A DNA stretch of 64,000 nucleotides, taken from Phaeosaccion multiseriatum (taxonomy: Eukaryota; Protista; Ochrophyta, other classes). Below, one piece after another: positions 34,419 through 46,456 of this stretch; positions within the stretch are counted from its first letter, which is position 1, and the number at the start of each line of letters is the position of its first letter. Position numbers and translations under genes: made by a program. Under the pieces are notes generated by a model. It saw nothing but the letters and a program-made list of their open reading frames with translations, ran no database searches and was not told where the DNA came from. The stretch lies in NCBI GenBank assembly GCA_965112735.1, contig OZ218956.1, positions 682,001 to 746,000 on the forward strand. The letters run 5' to 3'.

Positions 34419-34917
34419 CCTCTCTCTCTTCCCCTCTTGTTGGGCCCATCTGTAAATCCACCAATTTAACTCTCGCTCCGGGCTTCATTAGAACGACATG
34501 CTTCCATTCCATTAAATACAAGACCAATGTTATAATTCCCTCCTACATGACCCGTTTGGTGGTTCGTGTGACCTTCGCACACCTCACCCCACACGAGGTG
34601 GGGGTCTGTGTCGGGAACAGAGCGTGTAGGGCCACAGCATCTGCTGTCTGTCGCTGCATTCGCTTCTCATGGGCGGGTGATGCACCTCCATCAGAACGGA
34701 CACCTGCCCTGCTGTACCACCAACAAGCGCGGTACGTAGCCCTGGCGTGAGAACAAGGGTGAGGATGTGATGATGGGTCGGCTGAGGCCGCGATCCTGTG
34801 CCCACACACTCCAACCCCCTCGTCTGGGGAAGGCCACTCCTAACTGGCATCACTCCCATGCCTACGGCTTCTGTATCATTCCGCCCCCAATCAGTTGGTG
34901 TTAAAGTGCATTATATC

Positions 34918-35923
34918 TCAAGTCTGCTGTGCATTGGTGCCGTTGGCGGTTCCGGCGTGAGCGTCCTCCCCCTGCGCTTCTCCATTCTCTTTATCTTGTG
35001 CTGCCGATGGGATGGTAACTCCCTGCGCCTCTAGCTCTGCCCTTCTCCGCTTGTTCTCCCTTGCCAGCTCCATGCAGGCAATTTCGATCTGCAGGTTCTT
35101 GTGCACCAACTCTCCCCTCTTCCACCGGAGGCCCTCGAGCTCGGGCCGCACCTCTTCCTGCTGAGTGTACCGCTGCCTGTTGATGGCCGCCGCCTCTTCC
35201 CGCACCCGTTTTGTCCTCTCTTCCACCAGTTTCGTCGCCCCCTTGACGTACTGGTTGTGGGACAGCCAAGCACTGGCGCCAAAATTCTGCAGCAGCTCCA
35301 AGTTCATTTGCCTTGTGGAGAAAGGAAGAAACGAGAAAGGAGATTGGTTGAAAAGGGGGTCTCTCTGCAAGCTCCTGCTGCCTGTGCTGCTAACTCACCG
35401 ATTCTGCTGGTGCTCCAGCTGCGCCTTTGCATTCCTGACCGCCCCCTTCCACGCAGAGAGATCCTTACCAAGCTCTGACGGCGGCGGTCTGGCATCATAG
35501 CGTGAGCGGTCCAGCGGCTGCGACGCCCTTCCGGCCGACACGCGCTCCCACTCGTTCCTAAGCAGCTCCGAGGACGCAAAGCGCAGCTCTGGGTAGGGAG
35601 GCAGACTCTGGCTCTCTCCCAAATAATCCCGCTCTGGCAGCTGCGCCATCTCCTCCTCCACAAGCTGGTGCACGTAGCCTTGCATCTATCGGGCATGAGA
35701 GCAAAGGAGGTTTGAGAAACGCGAAGCTTGCCTGTTCCTGTGCTGTTAGCTCTACTTTTGTTTCACAGCAGGTCCTGCCCACCCCCTTTTTCGATATCCC
35801 CTCTCTCACCCCAGGGTCGTCGTACTCCGTGTCGACGTAGGGGAGCGCATTCTTCGCTTCCAAGGGCACACTTGAAATCGATTCTGCAGCCGAGGGCACG
35901 GCATCGTCCTGCATGCTCTCCAT
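34918..35923 (-). CDS. SPF27: Pre-mRNA splicing factor SPF27/BCAS2
   Basis: ALPYVDTEY...VHQLVEEEM...LDRSRY...W--AV-NA-AQLEHQ--R|-MNLELL--FG--AW--HN. Confidence 0.92.
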
Positions 35924-35995
35924 CTTGCGCGTGCGGGTGCAAAACGATTGGGATGTCCAAACCATCTCCCCTTTAAGTGCCATCCTTGATTCCGT

Positions 35996-38278
35996 ATGCC
36001 ATTCTCCGGGTCGAGAATACAATCAACCATGCATCGCCAGCACCTGCCCTATCAGGCTCTCGAGTCCCGTGCAGACCGCCTTTTGCTGCAGCTCGGAGGT
36101 CCCCAGCAGCAGGTCATTTGGGGAGTTGGGGAGCCAGAGAACGAAAGCAAGCAATTTGACGACAGCTCCCCTGTTCTCCCCTGTTCCCCCACTCGCCTGG
36201 AGAGTGGAGGCGGCGACTCTCCTGGCAGGCAACGTGAAGAGCTAAAGGACCACCACGAGTACCAGGATCAGCAGCAGCAGCAGCAGCAGCGGCGGCGGCG
36301 GCGGCGCAAAGAGGAGGTGGGGCCAGTCAGTCCAGGCCAACGGCAAACAGCAGGCGGTGGTCATAGAGCAAGAGTTCGTAAGAGAGCACCTCTAAGGAGT
36401 GCGGATGGTCCGTATGTCTCTGGCTTTGTTGCGAAGGGTAGACAACAGGCCGAGAGTCGAGCCAAGGAGGCTTTACGGCAGTTGAGAGCTCAAAGGAGGG
36501 CAGCTTCGGCGGAGGTGGGACACCAGAAGCGACAGAGGCCGCCGCAACAGCCCGACACTGGTCCTTCCGGGCATCAGAGGCTCTCTCCGAGACATGATCC
36601 GGCGAAGTGGGACAGTGTTGATCGAGAAGAGGGTGGTGCGTTCTGGCACTTGAAGCAGCAGCTCGCGGCTGAGGCCGAGAGGGAAAAGGACAAGGAACAG
36701 CGAAAGGCCGAGGAAGAGGCAGCGGCGGCGAGTGGGCCGCGATGGAACGACCGTTTTGCTGTTGACGAAAATGAGGAGAGAGGGCAAGTACCCTACAGTA
36801 AAGAAGCCCGGGCGAGGGCGGCTGAGGAGAGGCTACAGGCGAGCTGGAGAGCCGAGCAGCAGCGGATGCAGGGGCAGAGGCGGCGCCCTCTAACCCACGC
36901 GGGGTACCATGGCCCGCGACCCTCCTCCACGCAGCACCGGGAGTCTGCTCTGCGCCAGCGGTGGGAGCGTGATTTGCAGCCAGCGCCCCTCGACAGCGCT
37001 CCTCCCGTTGCTGCCCAAAGGCTGCATCGCAGTGTAGGCGTCCAGGCCTCCCCCTGCAGCCCTTCGCGTGAGACGCACCAGCACCACCCGCTGCACGCAC
37101 GCCCCTCAGAGACTGAGTTTGTGCGAGTGCTCGCCTCCGGCCCTGCCCGTGCGCCGCACAAAACGCGCGGCACGCACCCCTTCGACCTGCGTGTGGTGCA
37201 GGAGGTGCTGGCCATGGACGGGATGGAGCGCGCCTGCCAGGCCTGCGACGACAAGCCGCCCAAGGCGAGCCCCTCCCCACTTCGAAGCCTTCCCCGGCAA
37301 GCCTTGCAGGTGCTGGACCAGCGTGTGCAGCTCGGTCTGGTCAGGGACATGGCTAAGATGGTGACCGCGGTGGCTGGGCTTGTGGGTGGGCCTGCCGAGG
37401 GGGGCGCAACCAGGCGGAGCCGACGAGGGCAGCGCGCAGGTTCACGGAGGGGCGCCTCGAATAGCGAGGAGCGACACGGGGTAGCGCCCACCTGGGGGGG
37501 GGAGAAGCGCAAAGGAGTTGCCGACTCGAGAAGAGAGGAGTGCGAAAGAGGGGCAGCCTCCAGGAGCGACGACGAGGAGGAGGACGAGGACGAGGACGAG
37601 GAAGAGGACGAGGAAGAGGACGAGGAAGATGACTCCTCCAGAGCGGGTGCAGGTAAGGAGGATCTCTTGCGAAAGATTCTTGCCAAGCTCGAAGTTGCCG
37701 AGGCTGCAGAGGAACGTGTCAAGGAGAGATTTCTCATTGGGCGGCGGAGGGCACCCGGCCAAGGAGCAAAGGCGAAGCAGTGGTGGGCGGACGAGGGATC
37801 GGACAAGGATGAGCCGTTCGACTTGGGCATCCCACTGAGCGCAGTCACGGAGGTGCCCATGTCAGACGGGGGGGTGGGGAGTAAAGGCGACTGGGAACGA
37901 AGCGGGGAGGAGCCAAACCCGACTGAGAAGGATGAGGGTGAGCAAGGCGAGGGGGAGGAGGAGGAGAAGGCGGAGGAGGAGGCCGAGGAGGAGGATGAGG
38001 AGGAAGAGCAAGACGAGGAGGAGGAGGCCACGATAAAGCGCCTCCACGTGGACGTGACGTTCGATGAGTCGCGGCGAGAGAGGCTCGAGGGGCATCGACA
38101 CGAGTTCCTGCGCTTTCGCCGGCTGCAGGAAGCCGCGCTGCAGGGCACGGGCATGGTGCAAAGCGACGTGGCAGAGCTTCTGGCAGATGAAATTGTGGGG
38201 GGACTCGTGGAGGGCTGCGTTGCAGAGCTGGACCACCTCTTTCAGGGCTACGCCAAGCATCTTGTTCGAGCCGTGTAG
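35996..38278 (+). CDS. Intronless low-complexity/coiled-coil protein with C-terminus resembling moonraker (KIAA0753)
   Basis: 760-aa ORF. C-terminal 'RHEFLRFRR...AELLADEIVGGLVEGCVAELDHLFQGYAKHL' resembles the moonraker C-terminal helical motif as I recall it. Start may be 36029. Confidence 0.6.
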   Translation: MPFSGSRIQSTMHRQHLPYQALESRADRLLLQLGGPQQQVIWGVGEPENESKQFDDSSPVLPCSPTRLESGGGDSPGRQREELKDHHEYQDQQQQQQQRRRRRRKEEVGPVSPGQRQTAGGGHRARVRKRAPLRSADGPYVSGFVAKGRQQAESRAKEALRQLRAQRRAASAEVGHQKRQRPPQQPDTGPSGHQRLSPRHDPAKWDSVDREEGGAFWHLKQQLAAEAEREKDKEQRKAEEEAAAASGPRWNDRFAVDENEERGQVPYSKEARARAAEERLQASWRAEQQRMQGQRRRPLTHAGYHGPRPSSTQHRESALRQRWERDLQPAPLDSAPPVAAQRLHRSVGVQASPCSPSRETHQHHPLHARPSETEFVRVLASGPARAPHKTRGTHPFDLRVVQEVLAMDGMERACQACDDKPPKASPSPLRSLPRQALQVLDQRVQLGLVRDMAKMVTAVAGLVGGPAEGGATRRSRRGQRAGSRRGASNSEERHGVAPTWGGEKRKGVADSRREECERGAASRSDDEEEDEDEDEEEDEEEDEEDDSSRAGAGKEDLLRKILAKLEVAEAAEERVKERFLIGRRRAPGQGAKAKQWWADEGSDKDEPFDLGIPLSAVTEVPMSDGGVGSKGDWERSGEEPNPTEKDEGEQGEGEEEEKAEEEAEEEDEEEEQDEEEEATIKRLHVDVTFDESRRERLEGHRHEFLRFRRLQEAALQGTGMVQSDVAELLADEIVGGLVEGCVAELDHLFQGYAKHLVRAV

Positions 38279-38350
38279 TGTGTCTCTCTTCTCTCTATCT
38301 TAAATCATGAGGTGCCTCTGTTTCGTGCGCTCCAAGGAGCGCACTCTCTC

Positions 38351-38946
38351 TCAAGTGTTTTCTAAGAAAGCCTCTTCTTTGCGCCGAAGCGCCTCCTCCT
38401 TTACCTTCAGCTCGGCCTCAAGCTCATCCAGCTCCTTTAAACGATTCTTCACGTAAGTATCCTCTGCCTGCTGCTTCGTAGCTTGGTGATCCTCCACCCG
38501 CTGGCGCAGGGTTTCCTGGGGGGTCGTTCGGCGGGGGTAGAGAAGAGGCGAGCGTTTAGAGAAAGAGACAGGCCATACCCCATCTCCCCGCCCTTGCTCA
38601 CCACTATCTCCAGCTGGTCCTGGGCAGCTTTCTTCTCGGCATCCGCGAGCGTCTGGAAATATCTTCCCAAGCTGGCATTTGCCTGGGAGACACCACGTGA
38701 GGGAGTTTGAGCGCCCTGAGTCATCGGGGAAAACATGAGATCTGAGTCCGCTCATAGACCCACCTTTTGCCTCTTCTCATCCATCTTGGCGAGCTCCTCT
38801 CCAGACAGGGGCTGCTGCTGACCTGCAAAGAGCCTTTGCCGGCAAGATACAGAGCCTCCTCCAAGAGCCGTGGCAGGAACAAAGCCCTTGGCCTCGAGAG
38901 CCAAGAGCAAACAACAAAGCACCGCCAGCAGAACCCGCCCAGCCAT
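38351..38946 (-). CDS. Small predicted plastid-targeted coiled-coil protein of unknown function (3 exons)
   Basis: MAGRVLLAVLCCLLLALEAKGFVPA presequence; exons join RQK|ANASLG...QLEIV|ETLRQ...FLENT*. Confidence 0.72.
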
Positions 38947-39101
38947 GTCTGGGATCTGGTCCAAAGCCATCTAACTAGTCGTTCATTCCCCAAATGCCCA
39001 AATGAGGCCTGGGATAGTCGCCAAATTGAAGAACCACATCGCCAACATCACCGTTACTATAATAGCAGCTTCTCCCGAGTCGGACGCTGGCTAGGGGAAA
39101 G

Positions 39102-40522
39102 ATGGCCGGAGACCACCAGACGAAGGGGCAGGGGCGCCGTATTACAAAGGAGTTGATGATATCGAACTGCACGACAACGCGGAGAAGAGGCATGAACGAC
39201 GACAAGTACCTGCTCCATGTAACCCACCTCCATTTAAATGGGAAGAATATTCGATCGCTGGAAGGAAGCCCGTTGAGTGAGGCTCCTGGTGTGAAGGTGC
39301 GTCGATGGAGGGAGGGAGAGGGTCCCGCCGATTTTCATCAACACCTTACCTTTCTTGTCTCTGGATGTCATCAGGTCCTGTATTTGTACGAAAACAGGAT
39401 TGATCGGATCATCGATCTGGACAAAATGTACGAGATTGAAAGTCTATTTCTTGAGCAGGTGTGTTCTTGGTCGAGGGTTACATTGATAGAATAAGTGTTG
39501 AAGGAAGAGTGGCCTGCTCCTGATTTTGGATTGACCTGGACCTCTCAGCCTCAGCACCTGGCCTTGTCGTGCGTCGTCTCTCCTCTATGCAGAATAACAT
39601 CCGTGTGATGGAGGGCATTCCGTGCCGCCGCTTGACAAAGCTCATGCTGGACAGGTGGGTACCTGTAACAAGCCGCTAGTGGGGGGGGAAGGGAGCCCTT
39701 AAGGCTCACCCCTAACGCACACTCCTTCTCGTCCGTGCCAGGAACGAAATTTGCCGCGTCGAAGGTTTGGAGTCAGCAGCTTGTCTGAGAGAGCTCCACG
39801 TGGCCAACCAGAGTCTGCAGGACGGCCAGGCCTTGACCTTTGCCGGCGCTTCCATCACAGGGATCATGCACTCTCTGGAGATTCTCAATGTGAGTACAGA
39901 GGCTGAGGGGCGCTGCACATGACATGGCATCCCTTTCACAGATGAACAATGACTGACTCCGGCTGGTTCTGCCAGGTCTCGGGAAACAATATTTCAAACA
40001 TTGAGCCCCTGCTGGACTTGGTGCAACTGAGAAAGCTCAACATGGCCAAGAATGCCGTCGAAGATATGGCCTCCGTGGTAGATCTGTTGACGACGCTGGA
40101 CCGCTTGGAGGACTTGGATCTGCGCGGGAACCCCATCTGCGCAGAACGCAAGTACTACGAGCGGGCCGTGACGAGAAGCGGCCGCACGCTCCAGACCTTT
40201 GATGGCCGGAAGGTGGGTTGGGCATTGATTGCCAAGGGAAGCAAGCGGCCGATACTATAGTTAGTGCCTTGTCTCGTCTTGCCTGATTGCGTGTCTCCAA
40301 TCAATTGCGCCATCCTCGCAGGTCGAGGCCCGACACCGCGAGATGCTAAAGAGCATTGACATGCACACGCGTAAGGTGCGCCAGGTGGAGCAGGCCAATG
40401 CGGCGGCCGCACACATGCACGGGAGAGACGAGGAGAGGCACCCGGCCAGGCCAGATCCGTCGGCGTTGGGCGTCGACGGTCCCGAAGAGATGACAGTGTC
40501 AGTCATGCCGGTCACCTACTAA
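39102..40522 (+). CDS. PPP1R42: Leucine-rich repeat protein PPP1R42/LRRC67-like, multi-exon
   Basis: RITKELM...VTHLHLNGKNI; VLYLYENRI; LRELHVANQSL; LEILN|VSGNNI; LDLRGNPIC--RKY; FDGRK. Confidence 0.82.
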
Positions 40523-40659
40523 AGAGGAGGCCACCCGCTCAGATGTTTCTGGGAAGAGTCGTGCTGGAGCCCAAGTTTGCGATACACTCTTTGTACAGTT
40601 TCCGTTTACTACAGAATTATTGAAGTAATTATATAGCCTACCTACCCATCCACTGGTCC

Positions 40660-43600
40660 TCACAGCAGATAAGTCTGAATGGAGTGTGGGGGGATGGAGG
40701 CCCTGAGTTTCATCTCGTCTGCAGGGAAAGTCAAGTGGAAGGCAACTTGCTCGTTGCCTTCGTTCAAGACCACGACGGCGAAGCGTCCGTCCTCCCCCAT
40801 CACAGCAGAGGCGGTGAAGAAGGGCCAACCGGCCGTCAAGCAGTAGCCACTCCCCGGCACAGTAATGGCCGCGTCGCCCGTGTCGCCCACTGCCCACTGC
40901 TGCAGACCATCAGCCTCAACACACGAGGAAAGAGTCACCACCGCCCCCGACTCCATAGAGCTTGTCGAAAGACAAACGTCCTCTGGCCAGCCCGCAGCAG
41001 GGATATTCAGTCTACTCGTCTCCGTTTCGGGCTCAATATTGCTGAAGTTTGTGATGGGGGGGAAGCTGGCCGTGGTGTTAAGCACCAGGCGACCCAGATC
41101 CCCGTAATACACCCCGGCGTCTTGACTGTCACACGCCACGAGTGTGACCGCCAGGGTGTCCTTGTTCACGCCGCGGCTCAGACACACCGGCGCCCAGTAC
41201 TCGATGCTCTCCGTCATCATATCGCTCATCTCCAGCTTCCCGTCTTGGCGCATCGTCCAGCTCTGGCGAACGCTCCCTTCACAGCCGTAAGTGGCCGCCT
41301 CGTACCCGACATGTACCCCGCTGGGCCTCAGCCCTCCCTGGCTGTACTGCCCGCTCGCCTCCACTCGCAGCACGCTGCTGCCCGGGGTGAAGAACTTGGA
41401 GATGTGTCCCATAAAGTAGAACATGGGCTGGAACACCACGTCCGTCCACACCTCGTTCGCCAGTATGGGGGCGTCGCACAGGTTGCCCGCGTGGTTGGGG
41501 CCTCCCTCGTAGTCCAGCAGGAGGTTCCAGTCCACCCACGAGTGCATGTAGCGGTTCAGACCCGCCAACACGTCGTGGGCAACGTGCTCGGCGCGGTAGA
41601 GGCTGTGTGCGAGTGGGCAAGAGATAGAGAGAAGGGGGGGGGGGAGGGGAGGGGAGGGGAGGGGGCTGAGAGAGCCGCACATCCGGTACGAACAGACATA
41701 CATACACACGCACACACATACATACACACGCACACACGCAGCACACACACCCGCACCTGCCCTCGAAGGTGTGGTCTGCGTGCGGACAGTTGCAGGACTC
41801 GGTGGACATGAGCAAGCGCTCCTCCTCATCCCCACCCAGCAGCAAGTAGGTAGGCTCCAAGTTCCCCCACGCCGTGCTACCGTCCAGCCCGCGATCACCG
41901 CCTGCCGCCCACCGCACACGAGGGAGAGGGAGAGGCATGCATGAATTCATTCATTCGTTCATTCATCATCCATCGTGCCTTTCGGCCCTTGTCGGGGCGG
42001 AGAGGAGAGGGGAGGACAGGAGAGGAGAGGACAGGAGGGAAGAGAACAAGAGGGGACAAGAGAGGCTCCCAGAGCATACATGCTAGACAAGGACGCCCTT
42101 CCACCTCCTCCCCCTCCAGCTACACTTACCTCCAAAGTACCAATGGAAGCCCATCCCGTCCACATACTGGGCGAGGGCGGGGTCCTCCATCATGACTTTG
42201 GTCCAGGCCACCAGGTGGTCCCTGCGAGGGGAGCGGTTACCACGGGGCACGGGAGTGAACAAAGAAGAGGGGTGAGGAGGGGGGGTGAGCTAGGTATCAC
42301 GAGCCGGAAAGCGAGTGTGTAGGAACACACCCTTTCGCTAGACTGACATCCATCCGCAGTCGTGAACCAAGTAACTGAGGGAGGTGTCAGTCTAACAAAT
42401 GGGCGTCTTCATACAAGTGCGCCTTGCTACTTCTTACCTGTTGTGGTCGTAAGAAATGATTTTGACCTCAGGGTGGTCGGCTCTGATGCGCGGCCCCAAG
42501 TGGTCCTTGATGAAGGCACCCATGAACGGCGCATCGTACACACACGCCTCCCACGGCCCCGCGTTCTCAGGTTCGTTCTAGCAGTGGCGAGACAGAGGAA
42601 GTTCAGCCGAAGCGCGTGACTCAGCAAGGGCGTGTAATAGTAGACAGACGGGGAGGAAAACCCGCTTGATGTATGCAGCACCTCCTCACCTGGACAGTGA
42701 GCCCCCACATGTGCACTCCGCTCTCCTTGTACGCGTTGATGAACTTGCTAAAGTAAAGCGCCCAAGAGGCCAGCGTCTATAGAGGAGCCAGAGGAGGGGG
42801 TGCGCGAGCGTGCTTCAAAGTGAGTCATAATCTCCCGAGGCCCCATCTTCACCGGCTATGCCCCTTCCTCACCTTGGAGTCGCCGAGGAGGCCCTGCGGC
42901 CACGAGCTGGCAATCATGTGCTGCTCCCCATCCACGGGAGCCTTCATCCACGCGGGGGGGGACCACGGAGAGACAAAGAGCTTGAGGCCGGCCTCTCTGC
43001 TCATTGCCCGCTTGATCATGGGGATCTTCTGCACTTGGTCGTGCTGCACCTCCGTGTCGAAGTGCTGGCGGTACAGTATGGGGTTTCAGGAGAGGAGGTA
43101 CCGATCCGCAGCCATGAACAAGTGCGGGCAGGACACAACAGAATGGAGAAAAGCCTGGTGCTTGCTCAGTGATGCTCAGTGCTCTCGGCACATGCGCTAA
43201 CCTTCAGTTCGTAGTCGCCGGTGACGTTGTCGAAGTTGAACTGATCGACGCTGAAGTCTGTGGAGTCCATGGGCACGCGACCGATGGTGTATCCGATACC
43301 ATCGGGACCAAAGTAGGCGTCCATCATCTATAAGGCACGGCATACGTTCGTTCGGTCCAAACTTGTTAGTTTAAAGAGCGCACGAGCCTGTGGCAGCATA
43401 CCATCGGGTGGCCTTTCCCTCACCTTGTCCTGGGCCGAGGGAGGGAGCTTGAAGAAGTTCAGGGCTGCGGCATCCGTAAAGGCCCCTCCAAAGCCCAAAA
43501 TCTGCGCCAGGAGCAGCGTTTTAAGGGCAAGGTCAGAGGAGCGGAGGAGCAAAGAAAGAGGCCACCCCCTCACCCCCCCCCCCCCGACTTTCAGTCACCC

Positions 43601-44169
43601 ACCCGTTGGCGCCTCTGATCGGAAAAGATGGACACGCTTCCTTGCTGAGCGTCTCCCTCGCACGAGCAGCGAGGGCAGAGGCATTTGGCTGTCTGGGGCG
43701 TCTCCTCTGCACTTCTCAGCACCATGTTCTGTTGCTCATAAGGGCTGGTCTGATACACTTCCACCACACGATCGCCACCTCGCCCCTCTACTTCGGGCCC
43801 GACACCAGTCTCTGGCCCGGCACCATGACCATGATCGCTGAATACCGCATCGTCATCAGTGAAGGAGGTGCTTGTGCTCCAGCTCAAGCCGTTGCTATCA
43901 TGATCGTGGTCGTGATCGTGGTCGTGGTCGTGGTGATGATGTTTCCTGCTGGACAAATTCGAGTAAGAACCCTGTGCATCCCCCTTCCGGTGATGTGCGA
44001 CAAACACTGTCGCGGCGACAAGAAGAATCCCGCCCAGCACTAAGATGGCGCCCAGCTTCGCACGAATAGAGCCTCGGGATTCGCCTCCGCCTCGGGCACG
44101 GCTCGAGGGAGGGTCAATCTGGGGGATGGAGGAGTAGCCACTACGCCCTGCCATCGCGTTGTCCAGCAT
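40660..44169 (-). CDS. Glycoside hydrolase family 30 (glucosylceramidase-like) with N-terminal TM and ricin-like insert
   Basis: ILGFGGAFTDAA; RVPMDSTDFS; SPWSPPAWMK; TVQ|NEPE (acid/base); GVGFHWY; STESC (nucleophile); WVDWNLLLD--GGPN; QPMFYFMGHISKF. Confidence 0.93.
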
Positions 44170-44387
44170 GTCTCGCGCGACGTCACTACCCTGTGGCCTC
44201 CTCCTCTAGATGTGTGGGCGTGAGAGAGAGGGAAAAAGGAAAATACATGAGTTGGTGATACACAGGTACTTTCCTTCTTCATTTCCCTTTCCTCTTTCCT
44301 CCACTTATACTCTCCTCTTCCCTCCCCATTCCAGCAAAAATGTCTACTGAGGGCTGAGGCTCCATAGACCTTCATCCATGAAGGCAG

Positions 44388-45997
44388 ATGGATCTGGTGA
44401 GCAAAGTTAAGGCCCTCACCCGAGAGTCAGAGGCTCGACTGCAGGAGGCGGAGAGGGCGAAGCAGCTCGCCTGCTCCTTAAGAGAAGAGGGTCGCCAGCG
44501 AGACAAGAAACTGCTGCTTGCTTTACGGCAGAGGGATGAACTCGCAAGGAGGGTGAGTAGAACGGCCAAAGGAAGCCCGCACATCGTCATCCTTGTGTCG
44601 CGGTTGACTCACTCATGTCTCTTCTCTTTCTTTGTACACGTTGGTTTCAGCTTCGCGTGTCTACCACGAGCGGCTGCGCGGCGAAGGCGGCGACAACCGA
44701 GCTGAGCGCCAAGCTGGAGAAGGGCACGCCGAGCGCTCGCTTAATTGCCAAGACGAAGGCGCTGAGAGACACACTAAACAAACTGCAGGCGACGGACGAG
44801 GCCAATACGGTGCTACTGGCGGCCAGGACAGAGGCTTTGTCGCAGGCGGAACGGGAGATTGCTGTACTCAAACGCGCGCTGCACCTCCGTGCGGAGGAAG
44901 TGGGATTCTCCCCCCATGTGGCCGAGGACATTGCCCGGCACAAGGAGACCCTCCACTCTCTCGCCCTTGAGCTCTCCCAGCGGTTAGACCTCTGCGGAGC
45001 GCTCACGGAGAATGTAAGGAGGCTGAAGCGCGAAGTGGAAGAGGGGAGGCGGAGGGGCGAAGAGGCCGATGACCACAATGGGCACCTGACTGCGCAGTTA
45101 TTGGACACCGCGGAGCAGCTCCAAGGCTTTGACGACGCTTTTAGAGCCACAAAGGATGAGTTAGTTGAGGCGTCACGTCGGAGGGACTCTCTCGAGGAGA
45201 GGTTGACGAGCGTCTCGAGCGAGCGGGACGCCCTCTCCCTGCGGCTAGACGACGCGGAGAGTCGGGCTGCGGCCAGTGAGCAGCAGCACAGAGAGAGCCA
45301 GGCGGGGGCTCTGCAGGCTCAGGCAAAGGCTCGGGCACACGAGAGCGAGGCCCGCGAGCTCAGGCGACGGGTTGGGGACATGCAGAAAGAGGCGAAGCGG
45401 TCCGCCAGAGAGGCCAGGGCGGTGCAGCAACAGGCCGAGCAGGCGGGGCAAGGGGCGGCACAAGCCACAGCGGCGCACGAACGAGCATCGCAGGAGCTGG
45501 CGGGGAAGGAGGAGCTACTCTCCAAGCTCAAGGCCGAGATGAACGCTCTGCTGGAGGACCTTGCGCAGCAGGCGGAGCAGCGGCAGGCGGCCTCGCTCTT
45601 GCTCGATGAGCAGACTCACTTGCTCGACGAGCGGACTCGGGCCCTCTCCAAGGCGCAGCACCAACACGCACACGCAGCGCACCGTGCCGAGGCCCTGGAG
45701 GAGGAGCTGGAGCGAGTCACTAACGCCAAGGAGACGCTGCAGAGGGCCCTGTTAGAGCAGCTCACACACCTGCGGGCAGAGGCACGCGTGCACCAGGAAC
45801 GGGCAGAGAGGGCAGAGGAGGCCGTGGCCGTGCTGCGGAGGGAACTGGCGGAGGGGCTTGGGTTGGCGTCACAGGGGGGGGGGTCCAGGGGGGGGGGAGG
45901 GGGTGTTGCAGAAGCACATGGCGACACCTCTTCCTATATTCACTCACCGGAGCACCACGAGTGCTCCGCCGCGGCTCAGTCCTACGGCTTCTCTTGA
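44388..45997 (+). CDS. Coiled-coil protein of unknown function (2 exons)
   Basis: Heptad-rich E/A/L/R/Q sequence; intron ~44553-44650. Confidence 0.7.
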
Positions 45998-46152
45998 GCT
46001 TTGTGCGGAGACCCTTGGTTTCTTTCTAACACGATTTATGTATTTATGTATTTATGTTATTTATAGAGTTGTTGATTTCTGCTCTCAAGTGAGTGAAAAA
46101 CTTCTGTTCTTTCTTCCGTGAATGTCGCGAGAGGCGCGGCACCTGGCGCTCA

Positions 46153-46410
46153 TCATGCGCCTTGTCTTGCTGCTGTATCACCAACTGCTGCTGCTGTTAC
46201 TGCTGCTGCTGCACCGTCTAAAGGGGCCTTTATGGGAGCGAGAGCCGCAGAGGAGGGCATGGGTCCGCCCCGGCCCTGTGTCCCCTTCCCGTTGTGTGTG
46301 GCCCCCACCCCCACCTCCGCCTCTTTCACAGCGGCGTCCCAAGCCCCCCCTGTCACGTGCCCGCTGCCCCTGACGGCCATCGCCTCTTGCGCCTCTTGTT
46401 TCACTTGCTC

Positions 46411-46456
<46 letters not shown>

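Noticed and set aside
34420-34917. Short ORFs between the carrier and SPF27
   Set aside because: No recognisable domain; likely convergent 3' UTRs.
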